This document shows positions 25,525 to 37,860 of a stretch of 64,000 bases of DNA, in pieces; positions within the stretch are counted from its first letter, which is position 1; each line of letters opens with the position of its first letter. The position numbers were made by a program, and so were the translations under genes. The stretch is taken from contig NIVC01001124.1 in the NCBI GenBank assembly GCA_002269645.1, forward strand, positions 62,001-126,000, given 5' to 3'. Below the pieces are notes generated by a model. The model had not been told where the DNA came from, ran no database searches, and worked only from the letters and a program-made list of their open reading frames with translations. Source of the DNA: Macrostomum lignano (Eukaryota).

Positions 25525-27819
25525 ACTCGCTCCGCCTGCTGCAGTGGCTCAGCAGCAGCTCGGACAACATGATGGATCGAGACGTGCGAGACGAAGTTTG
25601 GCAAAAGCTGAGACAGCGTGAGTTGAGAACATTATTATGAAAATTAATACATATATTTTCATAAAATCTCGATCGGGTATCCACAGTCGCCTGGTGTCAC
25701 TCGTTGAAGGAGTCGACGGCGTCAGGGTGATGACAGAATTCTCAAGAGTCTAGCCTAGGATGTCCAGCAGTTGAGGTTTGATCAGCGAAACTAGAGAAAT
25801 TCGCTGAGGATAAAGTGGCACCCAGTCTTGAAATAAAGTGGCACCCAGTCTTGAAACAAAGTGGCACAGTTTGAGGATAAAGTGGCACACAGTCCGAGGA
25901 TAAAGTGGCACACAGTCCGAGGATAAAATGGCACAGAGTCCGAGGATAAAGTGGCACACAGTCCGAGGATAAAATGGCACACAGTCTGAGGATAAAGTGG
26001 CACACAGTCCGAGGATAAAATGGCACACAGTCTGAGGATGAAGTGGCACACAGTGGCAATTAGAAGCTACAGAAAAGCTGAAACGCCATCCCGGATGTTC
26101 CTCATATTCCAGCAGCTTCTCCGCAGCGCCAGCTCAGCCACTCAGCCAGCAGCAGCACTCATCAGGGCCTGGTGGTTCCCCAGCCGCAGCCGATGTACCA
26201 GCGCTTCAGCAGCGGTGGCGGCAGCGGAGGCGCCGGACAGCCTCTGCGCGCCTCGGCCAGCACAAGCGACATCGCCGCCGGAGTTGGCGGAGCCGGCGGC
26301 GACACCCAGTCGGAGGCCGGGGACGATTATTTCCGCAGGCGGCTGCAGCAGAACCTGCAGCAGCAACAGCAGCAGCCGGGGGCCTCGGCAGGCCGGCCCC
26401 CGTTCGAGCTGCCTTCAATCCGGCCCTGCGGGTGCCCCGATCGAGAGCCAGACGGGAGCAGCTGCTGCAGCAGCGGCCGCCCGACCAGATGGAGGCCATC
26501 CGGGCCACCATTCGGGCCAACCAGCAGCAGCTGCAACAGCAGCAACAGGCGGCTGCGATGGAGAAGGCCGAACCCAGTGAGCACTATTCTTATCCCTGCT
26601 TCATCTGCCTGCTCCTCTTTCATCTCTCTATCCTTTTTTCTCCCTGTCTCTTTCCTCCTCTACCTGTCTCCCTCTACCTGTCTCCCTTTACCTGTCTCCC
26701 TCTACCTGTCTCCCTCTACCTGTCTCCCTCTACCTGTCTCCCTCTACCTGTCTCCCTCTACCTGTCTCCCTCTACCTGTCTCCCTCTACCTGTCTCCCTC
26801 TACCTGTCTCCCTCTACCTGTCTCCCTCTACCTGTCTCCCTCTACCTGTCTCCCTCTACCTGTCTCCCTCTACCTGTCTCCCTCTACCTGTCTCCCTCTA
26901 CCTGTCTCCCTCTACCTGTCTCCCTCTACCTGTCTCCCTCTACCTGTCTCCCTTTACCTGTCTCCCTCTACCTGTCTCCCTCTACCTGTCTCCCTCTACA
27001 TGTCTCCCTCTACCTGTCTCCCTCTACCTGTCTCCCTTTCTCCACTTGTCTCTTTTCTTTCTCTACCTGTCTCTCTTCTCTCTCCACCTGTCTCTCTCTC
27101 CTCTCTCTACCTGTCTCTCTCCTCTCTCCACCTGTATCTCTCTCTCCTCTCTCTACGTGTCTCTCTCCTCTCTCCACCTGTATCTCTCTCTCCTCTCTCT
27201 ACTTGTCTCTCTCCTCTCTCCACCTGTATCTCTCTCTCCTCTCTCTACCTGTCTCTCCTCTCTCTACCTGTCTCTCTCCTCTCTCTACTTGTCTCTCTCC
27301 TCTCTCCACCTGTATCTCTCTCTCCTCTCTCTACGTGTCTCTCCTCTCTCTACCTGTCTCTCCTCTCTCTACGTGTCTCTCCTCTCTCTACCTGTCTCTC
27401 CTCTCTCTACGTGTCTCTCCTCTCTCTACCTGTCTCTCCTCTCTCTACCTGTCTCTCCTCTCTCTGACATGTCTCTCTCCTCTGCGAGTGTTTTCTATTA
27501 AATCAATCCTCTTTGTCTCACCTACCCGCTCGATCGCTTCTCTTCCCCTCCAACCGCCAGCTGTTTCCCGCAATGCCACGCACCCCCGGCAATTCCAGAC
27601 GAGCTGTCGCACAACCCGCGCTTCCAGCAGCTCCGCGAGCAGCTCCAGTCGCAGCCGTCAGTTGAAGACAACGGCGGCGGCGACGGCCTGGCGGTGGCCC
27701 GCGAGGACAACACGGACTCCGCCAAGCGCATTGACGAACTTCGCCGAATCCAACTGGGAGCGCCCGCGGGTGTCGGCGACAGTCAGCAGCGCCAGCAGCG
27801 GGCAGCCAGCGAGTTCTGA
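24995..27819 (+). CDS. Q/P/G-rich low-complexity protein coding unit (3 exons); 3' part of the PDZ gene or a separate gene
   Basis: Exons 24995 (or ATG 25032)-25617, 26113-26576 and 27599-27819 have consistent phase-1 GT-AG junctions. They encode ...WLSSSSDNMMDRDVRDEVWQKLRQ/PASPQRQ...GDDYFRRRLQQ...EAIRATIRANQQ/NELSHNPRFQQLREQL...QRAASEF*. The model needs one extra C at 26424-26426. Confidence 0.7.
25805..26055. repeat. 23-bp tandem repeat (intron)
   Basis: (GAGGATAAAGTGGCACACAGTCC)n. Confidence 0.88.
26640..27475. repeat. 14-bp pyrimidine repeat grading into CT-rich low complexity (intron)
   Basis: (TCTACCTGTCTCCC)n, then degenerate CTCT units. Confidence 0.9.
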
Positions 27820-29867
27820 TCAGCCAAGGACACCTGGAAATAGCGAGGCCGATTGGTTTTACTCTGCAAAATGCATTGGATAGATAACATTTTTCCTGCC
27901 TTTTTTAGGCAAGGCAAGCTTCCAACAATTCATTTATTACGTTAGATATGATATTAATAACCGCAAATAGATGCCCTGGCGCAACGCCTTCAGCGACCCT
28001 CACACAAGGGTGTACAACGGCGCCTTCGTGTGTGTGAGTAGCACGACAACGCCCATTCGAAATTGGGGAGAGAGGTCAACATGTACTCTACTCAATAAAT
28101 AAAAAACACTTGAGAATGCGATGAATTTGCCCCATCCTTCTTAACGCTTTAATTGCGGCCTTCAAAGTATTGTGTTTTTTATCGCTTCTCATTTTGTAGA
28201 ATATAGTACAGCGCTACTATTTAACTACTCGAGTACTTCAATAGTAGTATGATGCAAATCCATCGCTGAATTTTTAACAGTATTCATAATGCATCTGCTT
28301 CATTGCCTTAAAATTAATTGCTGTGTTAGTTAGTTCACAGCTTCTGTAGTTGACTAAAGTTAGCAAAATTTAGAATTGACTCACTGCATGTTAGTTTGCG
28401 AATAATGTTTTTGTTTGATGAGCTATTGAAATCTGCAAATTATGAAAAAAAAATTGAAAATTACTTGTCTAACATTTTGTGGGTAACGCACTGATTAGGC
28501 TTGTGCTAAGCTTTTCTGCCTTAAATATATTATATATTCAGCATTCGCACATCATTCTTCTGGAATAACGTTACCGTTTTGTTCATCACTAGTATAATAC
28601 GACAGTATTGAGTCTGTCCTGTTATAAGTTTATAAAACACCCTAATCTGAGGACAAAGTGGCATAGTCTCGGGATAAATCGGCATAGTTTTGGGATAAAG
28701 TGGCTCACAGTTTGATAATTAGGGTGGCGCAATATTAAAATAAAAACGGACACATTTAGGTAATCGAATACTACAAGAACAACATTGTACTTTCTACAAG
28801 AACTGAGTATACAGTTCATTTGATCAGCAAAAGATTTAAAATTAATAGCCACGGGCAAGGGTTCACCCGAGTGCTCAACCCTAATTCAACAGGGCTACAC
28901 TGTGTCAGCCAGCCAGACAAAGATAATTGATTAGCTGCAGCATGACTCTGTCAGACGGAAGGTGGAGGAGGAGAGAGAAGGAATTTTAAGAGCCATTAAA
29001 ATTCGCAACGGGCTTTGCAACCCCCGTTTTTAACCATCGTATTCAACTGAGGTGCTCAATTACTGGCTGATAACAATCTTGTTTTATAAATGACTGTTTC
29101 AACTGGATTAAGAGTGGGTGGTCCAGCACGGCGCCTCTTGTGTGCCAGCGGCCCAGGCTCCATTCCAAGTGCAGTCACATTAATTTATGGCTAAATCGGA
29201 ATCTCGGCTTGGCTCTGCTCGTGCAATTAGCGGCCTTGTAGGCCAACCCCCAAGGCACAGTGAAGTGTACATGCCTAACGATAATTAAAGTTATGGCCGC
29301 TGTGCACTCCTGTGTGAGTGTGTGCCTGTGCGTATGACTGCGTACGTATCTGCCGCTTGTGTGCCTGTGTCCGCGCTTGTGTGTCCAGAGATATGCAGCA
29401 TCGGAGCCTGCAAATTAGCGGCATTTTGGCGAGTTTTGCCGAGGGCACCACTGTCCATGGCATCGGCAGGCTGAGCCAGGGCCCCTCGGTCAAGAGGCTG
29501 CTGTGGTGCTGCATCGTGACCGCGGCCTGTGTGGGATTCAGTTTGCACCTGTCCGAGGTTGTGCAGCACTACCTGTCTTATCCCGTTGGCACCGAGTTTC
29601 TTGCCGACGAAGAGAATTTCCAGTTTCCCGACGTCACTTTCTGTCCGACTAATCTGATCTCGGATGACTACGGGCACGACCCGGTGCCCAGCAACTACAG
29701 CCTGCCAGGTGAGTTGGGGAATGGCTTTGATGATATTTTGGTAAACCTATGGGAATGAGCGGAATCCCTTTAGAAACTTTTTGAAACCTTTGGGAGTCTT
29801 AGGGAAGCCTTAACAACCATCGGGACCTTAAGCCTGAAGGCTTAAGAACCTTCAGGATCTCAGGAAA

Positions 29868-30012
29868 ATGTCCAGGGAGTGGCTTCAGGACCTCAGGGAC
29901 AGGTCAGGGAGTGGCTTCAGGATCTCAGGACAGGTCAGGGAGAGAGTGGCTTCAGGATCTCAGGACAGGTCAGGGAGTGGCTTCAGGACCTCAGGGACAG
30001 GTCAGGGAGTGG
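29868..30012. repeat. ~32-bp tandem repeat (intron)
   Basis: (CAGGGAGTGGCTTCAGGACCTCAGGGACAGGT)n, about 4-5 copies. Confidence 0.8.
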
Positions 30013-31348
30013 CTTCAAAACCTCAGGGACAGGCTATGGTAAGAATTAACCGTGAACTATTAAATAAACCTATGCATCGAACCATGCAAGCCACGACAGG
30101 TTTCTCTTCAGCATGATTTAAGACTTGGCCCGTTTCTACTTGCAACTCTCGGTGCCGAACGAGAACACGTCGGTGCCCCGCATCGCCTTCAGCGCCTACG
30201 CTGACGGTCGTCTGGCGTTGAAGAACTTCTCCTACAGGGGCAAGTACTTCCAGGAGCCGTACGAGACTTTCATTTACTGTCGGTTCAACTCCGCCCGTGC
30301 GACTTCCGGAACTTCACAGTATACAAGGATGAGCAGAGGTGACTGGCGGATTCATTACACCGTTATTTATTTTTAGAGTGACTCAATGGGTGCCAAGAGT
30401 GACAGAGGGGCTGCAAGGAACCACAGGGAATCCCAGCCCAATAAAAATGAAACCTATTCGTAAAGCCAAGAAGCGTTCCACAGTCAATTGCGTCGCCCCA
30501 GAGTCGGTTCAGAGGTAAAATTGGAAAGAAGTGACTTTGAAACGACTCTAACATGACAAGATGTCACGGTACAAGTCGTCAAAGAGTCGCCCAAGAATCT
30601 ATTTGAAGCGTTTTTTATTGTCTGCGACCTTGAAACGACTCTGGGTCGATGGTATAACGTCTCAAACTCTGGGCAGTAGAGTCGATCTGAGGCGTGCCGC
30701 GGAGTCGCTGTAGAGTCACTGATTTGTGTTTGAAGCGCGTTTGCGTCGCTTGATAAATCAGAGTCATCTCTAGCGAAAGTTCAGCGTTCAACACAACGAT
30801 TCTTGGACGACTCTTTTACGATTCTACAGCTCACAACTCGCGTGACGCGTTTGTGACGCAACAGTCGGTCGCCTCTCCGTCGCATTAGACGCGTTTGAGT
30901 CGTTAAAAAGTCGCAAGAACCGCCCCAGAGTCACTACAGAGTTGTTTTCAATTACTCTATAGCGATTCTGGTCATGGTAACGCTTTTAACGGGCAGGAGT
31001 GACCGGTCATTCCAGAAGAAGTCATTCCAGGAGTACACTCTTGGATCTCGTAGATTACTATTTTGATCATAGCTCGTATTTTTTAAATTTAGATTTGGAC
31101 ATCAGATATTCGAAGTTTTCATTCCAAATTACGAGCGAAAATTCGAATTCAGCGTGCCAGCAACCCATTTAAAACCTTCCAGGTTTCTCTGCATGACTTT
31201 CAAGCCAAGAAATCGAATGGTTGTTCGTGCAGGCAGCGGAAACGGGTTGTACGCCTTGCTGATGAGCAAGTCGCGATCGTTCCTGACCGAAAAAGAGCAG
31301 ATTGACTATGTGCCCGGCTTTTCCATGGCGCTGCACGAAACAGGTAAT

Positions 31349-31895
<547 letters not shown>

Positions 31896-32331
31896 CACAG
31901 ATTCTCAATCCCAATCGAACCGGCTGGTAGGCACCCGACCAGATTTCACCAACGCCATCCAAGTGCCGCTGAACTTCAAAACTTCGATTGGTATCGCTGG
32001 CGAGATCGTGAAGACAGAGAACCGCTTCTCCAGTCCGTGCCATGAGATCCGCAGCAACGTGACCGTCGTGACCGACTACTCCCGTCCTGGTATCGTGGAG
32101 AATGCCACCTTTATTAATGACAGGGCCACCTGCATTGATATAGCCATGCAGGAGGAGTTTCTGAATCAGTGTGGCTGCCTGCTGGGCACCCACCTGGTCA
32201 TGCCGGTTGAGATGTTCGACTGAGCGCCCGTCTGCCATTCGATGTACGAAGAGGTGAGTGCTGTTATTACTACGAGCTAGTAGTGTGTTAGTGTTACGAC
32301 AACAGCAAGTACTAGTCGTCACACGAACAAA

Positions 32332-32363
<32 letters not shown>

Positions 32364-32636
32364 GTAGCACCTGGGTTTTTCCTTCTTCTAAGGCCTCATA
32401 GCACGTGGGTTTTTGTTTCTGTCGCGTCGTTTAACTAAGAGTTCAACTGAGTAGCACGATGATTTGGTAAAATAAACGATGTCTCAGTTTCGATATATTA
32501 TTCATAAACGATGCTAACACAAACGATGCTCAATATATAATTATTAACGCATTGGGGTGGTGGGGCGCACGGGACACGAAGCCGGGGTGGTGGGTACACT
32601 GGATGTACAGTCAATATTTCAATAGTTAATCAGATA

Positions 32637-33005
32637 GTCACTTAGTCATAAGTACAGCGGCAGAATCCAGCGCTGCCTCATCTCCCCCCTTCGAAACGGA
32701 TAGGGGGCACGCCTCGAGTTGACCGAGCTGGGTAGCGACGTGCTGCTGTTTGACTTGGGCCTTGTTCGGATTCGGTGGGCGGGTCCCGACTGAGTTCGCC
32801 GAGCGGGTCCGACCGAGTTCGCCAGGCGGGTCCTGACCGAGTTCGCCGAGCGGGTCCGACCGAGTTCGCCAGGCGGGTCCTGACCGAGGCCGCAAGGCGG
32901 ATCCTGACCGAGTTCGATAGGTAGGCTCTGGCCTAATCGGTTTGGCTGGGCCTGGTCTTTGGTCACTTAGTCATAAGTACAGCGGCAGAATCCAGCGCTG
33001 CCTCA
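32637..33005 (-). mobile_element. Small LTR-like insert: 44-bp direct repeats flanking ~280 bp, with a PPT
   Basis: Identical GTCACTTAGTCATAAGTACAGCGGCAGAATCCAGCGCTGCCTCA at 32637-32680 and 32962-33005. On the minus strand, PPT-like AAGGGGGGAGA directly precedes the TGAGG start of the downstream copy. Confidence 0.5.
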
Positions 33006-33270
33006 GTTTCTCCTCAGGCCTCATAGCACCTGAGATTTGCTTCTCCTCAGGCCTCATAGCACCTGAGATATGGTTGTCCTCAGGCCTCATAGCACCTGAG
33101 ATATGGTTGTCCTCAGGCCTCATAGCACCTGAGATTTGTTTCTCCTCAGGCCTCATAGCACCGGAGATTTGCTTCTCCTAGGGCCTCATAGCACCGGAGA
33201 TTTGCTTCTCCTCAGGCCTCATAGCACCGGAGATTTGCTTCTCCTAGGGCCTCATAGCACCTGAGATTTA
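33005..33270. repeat. 33-bp tandem repeat
   Basis: (CTCCTCAGGCCTCATAGCACCTGAGATTTGCTT)n. Confidence 0.88.
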
Positions 33271-33974
33271 GTAATTTTACGGTCCCAATTTTAGGCCTCT
33301 AGGTCGGCGTGTCCATCATGACGCTGTTCGAAGTAGGCCAGCTAACTTTGGAAATCGGTCTCTGCCTGCTGCGCAACGATCCAGTGGGCAGCTCTGACAG
33401 CCAGGAAGAAACGCAATGAAGAAGCCGAGCCGCTGATACAGAATTGCCCTCAATGGATGGCGAAAAAAAGTAGAAGACGACCAAGTGGTTGCTGTTGCCA
33501 TCAAGAAGACAGCGGTTCCAACGCCGGAGAACATGATTAAGCATACAGAATCCTGGCTGCACATTGGCTGCTCAACTCTCTGAACTGTCGGGAGACAGCT
33601 GAGTAGGATAATGATATATTGAATTATTTAATCCCACTGTTACTATAGTCAGCAAGCTGTGCAATGTACATGTATCAACCAAGCTTATCTATATTAACAC
33701 CCACACCTTCGCTAGTTATACTTTTTGTCTTGTGTACAAGTACAAAGCATGCATACGAGCTACTCGTAAATTCCGTGTAAAGCAGCTGACACAGCCTTGT
33801 CTAAGTGACCGTTGTATCATCTGCTATTAATTGCTTCTAACGTTTATGGCGGTGTTAACTTGAGAAGCACAGGCCAGCAACAAGCTGAGATGCAAAAGCG
33901 GTGCCTGTCTTCATCACCCGTTTTCTTTCCCCTGTAAGCAACTCTTCTTCTCAGTTGTAGAAGACGCTACATCA

Positions 33975-34400
33975 ATCCCCAATCTGTACAATGCCCAAGC
34001 TGTACAATTCCCCAATCTGTACAATGCCCAAGCTATACAATTCCCCAATCTGTACAATGCCCAAGCTATACAATTCCCAAATCTGTACAATGCCCAAGCT
34101 GTACAATTCCCCAATCTGTACAATGCCCAAGCTATACAATTCCCAAATCTGTACAATGCCCAAGCTGTACAATTCCCCAATCTGTACAATGCCCAAGCTA
34201 TACAATTCCCCATCTGTACAATGCCCAAGCTATACAATTCCCCATCTGTACAATGCCCAAGCTATACAATTCCCCATCTGTACAATGCCCAAGCTATACA
34301 ATTCCCCATCTGTACAATGCCCAAGCTATACAATTCATTAATCTGTACAATGCCCAAAGCTGTACAATTCATTAATCTGTACCTGTACAATGCCCAAGCT
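33975..34400. repeat. 33-bp tandem repeat
   Basis: (AATCTGTACAATGCCCAAGCTATACAATTCCCC)n. Confidence 0.9.
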
Positions 34401-36869
34401 GCACTATTTCTTAATCCCGTGAGAAAAGAGCGAACCAGCATCGGGCATAGCACACAAAGTGTACTTGCTCTAATTTCCAATTCAGAACTCCAGGTGAGAG
34501 ATTAGGGATTCTTTGCTAAAAAACTGAAAACCTTCTGTCTCGCTCATCCAGCGATAATTGCAAGACATACCATTGTAGCGTCCTTCTGCGTGTGCTTTAG
34601 CTGTCCATGCCTAAACCTGTCTCTTATTATATCTATTATATTTGTTTAAAAAATCCTTAAAATGTTTATCCACGCTACTTAAAGTACGAGAACCAGCATA
34701 TAGCAAGCTCTTTTTGCGGCCGATTTGTTTTAGCAGCACTGAATCTGTTTTGCGAGTCGCTGAGTTGCGGACTTTTATATATTATTTTCTATTTTCTTTA
34801 CCAAACTATGGAACCAAAATTTATTTTGCCTTGTTATAAATAAAAATCATTCATTCTGAACTAAAAAACTCTCTCTTCTGGAAGACAAACCAGTCTGGTA
34901 TTTAGCCAAAAGAAAACATGTTCGACTTCTGTTCTCCCGGTTCCGCCGGGTGGAGAGTGTGCGAGGGGAATCTCTCTCTAGTTTCTCCCATGCAGTCCTC
35001 AGTTCTCTTTGTCTAGCTTCCCAAGCCTCTAAAGCTCGTTTCCCCGCGGACGAAGGCAATGGGATTAAAAAAATGGGGTAGCCAAGTCCAAGCAACGAGA
35101 GCACGAAGGAGGGATTTCGGCTCACCCGCTTGAGCTGGAGGGGGTGGAGAATATTCGGAGGCCAGCCATGCAGAAGGAAGACCCTGACTCAGGCCTGAGC
35201 ACCGCCTCTCCAGCCAGCCCTACCTTTTCTTGGGAGGAGGGGGGTGGAGGGAAGGGGCAGAGGCTTCGTGAGCGCCATCCCAGCTCCTGCTCACAGTAAG
35301 AAGGGGATCCAGTAGCCATAGGTATACAGACAGAGAGCGCCATATCAGCTGCGAGGGTTGGGGTGTGGGAGGTGCCGGGAAGACGCTCGGCGAGGAGAAG
35401 GAGAAGAAAAATCTGGCGGGTGGGGCCGAGCCTTTTAGACCGGCAGCCAGGAACCGCCGCCCTCTACCCCCGGTCTCTCCCGTCCTTGCTCATTCCAGAC
35501 CAGTCACCGCCAGTCTCAGCATCCGCCATCAACCCCCCCCCTCTCTATGCTCTCCAGCTGCAGAGAGAGCAGTTTGGCACCCGCTGGCTGTCTGGCTCCT
35601 CCCGCAGCTCCCCTCCCCTAGGGAAGTCAGCAGAAGTACAGAAGAGCAGGGAGCAGAGATAAGCTTTGAGTAGAGACAGAGGAAGAGAGCGGCGAGGCGA
35701 CTGTACACCGCTGCAGAGGCCTGATAGCAGTGCAAAAATAGTACACGCCAAGCAAGGCTAGGACTGGGGGATTATTGCACGGGAGAAAACGAAGGGGAAA
35801 GCTTAGGCCTGAGCTGCCTGACCCTGCGGCACCTGGAGCCTAATTCCCTTGCAAACTGCTGCTAGCTATAAGGCCTGTTGCTTGACCAGCTCTGCTGATA
35901 AAGACATGCATAGAGAGGATCTTTGCCCCACGGCATCCGGGTGACGCGAGAGATCGATTCAGAAGGCGGCCGGCTGGGGCGAACTAAGCGAATTAGAGCA
36001 GCTGGCGGCTCAGTACTAACCGGATGAGCATGAGAAGGTTATGGATAATTCAGAGACAGGCTGGATAGATAGACTTGCTGCAGAGGGCCGAGAACAGATT
36101 AGCGGGGACATACAGTATAGCTAGCTAAAAATAGCGCATAGACTAGCAAAGCCTACTAGAAAAAAAGGCAAACAAAAGACATCCAGCACCATGACAGATT
36201 TTCATGTGGCTTCAATCAAGCACAACTTTAATATTTTAGTTAAATAATTATCGTATACATATATATATGTAAATATTAACTTTTACATAATATCATATAT
36301 AAATAGACGCACAAAAACACTCACGTGAAAACTTGAAGGTCTGTGCGCAGCAGAGCAGAGTTCGCAGATAAAAACTTCAGAGAGAACGGATCGTTGCACT
36401 TTATTGTAAAAAAGTACATCGAATAGTGCAAGCATTGATTTGCTTATGCGTTTTTTGAAGTACTATTTTACCGCGGCACTGAACTTGTGGGGAGTCAAAT
36501 GACAGGCAAATTATAATTCACTTTCAACACAGGAGATAAGCGGGCCTACAAGCGGCTAGATGTATAAATAGCTCACAACTATGTAGATAGATATATGCGA
36601 TTCAGACTAGTGCAAGCACAAAGCGTACTATTAAGCTTGCGAGAACACAGAAAACCTTATTAAATTTGCACATTAATTGACACAAAGCACACACTAACTC
36701 ATTATTATGATTATCTGTAAGACATGGAACCTCTGCACTGTGCAGACTGCCAGCGGGAGTGCAACAATAAAATGCTGCTGCAACTGTGCCAGCGAGATTG
36801 CAATCAGGAGAGGACACCGTCAGAATTCCGAGGACAGGAGACAGACATCTGAGGACAAGATGGCAGAAT

Positions 36870-37010
36870 TCCGAGGACAGGAGACGGCAATCTAAGGACA
36901 GGAGACGGCAATCTAAGGACAGGAGACGGCAATCTAAGGACAGGAGATGGCAATCTAAGGACAGGAGACAGCAATCTAAGGACAGGAGACAGCAATCTAA
37001 GGACAGGAGA
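36870..37010. repeat. 21-bp tandem repeat
   Basis: (GGACAGGAGACGGCAATCTAA)n. Confidence 0.85.
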
Positions 37011-37645
37011 CATGCATCTTTCAGGTCATAAAACAATATTACCAATGACAGAGCAGATCTGGCGGTTCAGAAGTTGCTCAAACAAAAAAGAAGACAATAA
37101 AGCATAAATACACCAGTGTAAAAAGCAGTTACGCCAGCAGAAGCAAGAGCGAATTCGAAAGAGAGACGCATCGCCAAGCAGCAGGGCGAATACTGCATAG
37201 CAACTAGCTTGATAACTGCTATAGTGACTAGATATAAGTTAAAAAAATTGAGGAACTCAAGGTTAAGGGTAGGTGAGAGAAGGGTAACCGCTATTCAAAA
37301 TCTATTGTAAAATTGTATTGTAAAACTCTCATTGCAATCAGCAACAACAGAAATAAAAGCAACAAGTACGCGCACTGTCGGGGCACAGGGAAAAACAAAG
37401 CGACTAGAAATTAGCTCTTATTCGCGAACTGGGACAACCGCAGCTGGCTAGGCTATATCATTGATAAATAAGTAATTAGCAAACACACAGAAACCGAGGG
37501 ACGCACTCAGATAGACAGCTAATATTACAGTTTTAAAACAGATGTTTAAACAGTACAGTGCACACACAAGAGCAGAGACAACACGGAGAGAAAAAACGAA
37601 AAAACGGCGATTGGCTTTTTACTATTTTTATAGTTATTAGCCATT

Positions 37646-37706
37646 GGGTAAACGGCGGGAGTAACTATAACTGTCTTAATAAACCGAATTGCCTCGTCAT
37701 TTAATT
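37646..37706 (+). other. Dispersed 28S rRNA-derived fragment, copy 3
   Basis: GGGTAAACGGCGGGAGTAACTATAACTGTCTTAATAAACCGAATTGCCTCGTCATTTAATT: 52/61 identical to the LSU consensus by hand count. Confidence 0.85.
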
Positions 37707-37860
37707 TCCATGATAATTAGTCATTAAACCCAACTCCAGATAATGATAGGACAGGCTGACTACTGAAAAATACTTTGTATGTATCCAGAAAAAAACAACA
37801 ATCGTCTTGTGATAATTGAATTTAAGTCTGCCGTTGCTACGCCGTTGCTAATTGGGTCGT

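Noticed and set aside
32221-32223. In-frame TGA as selenocysteine or readthrough in the ENaC gene
   Set aside because: A second stop (TAG at 33300) and missing exons favour pseudogenisation; no SECIS was recognised.
34847-36100. GC-rich unique segment with short ORFs, possibly a retroelement remnant (similar segments at 38500-38900 and 45490-46100)
   Set aside because: No recognisable gag, RT, endonuclease or recombinase motif could be read by eye; it needs a Dfam/Repbase search.
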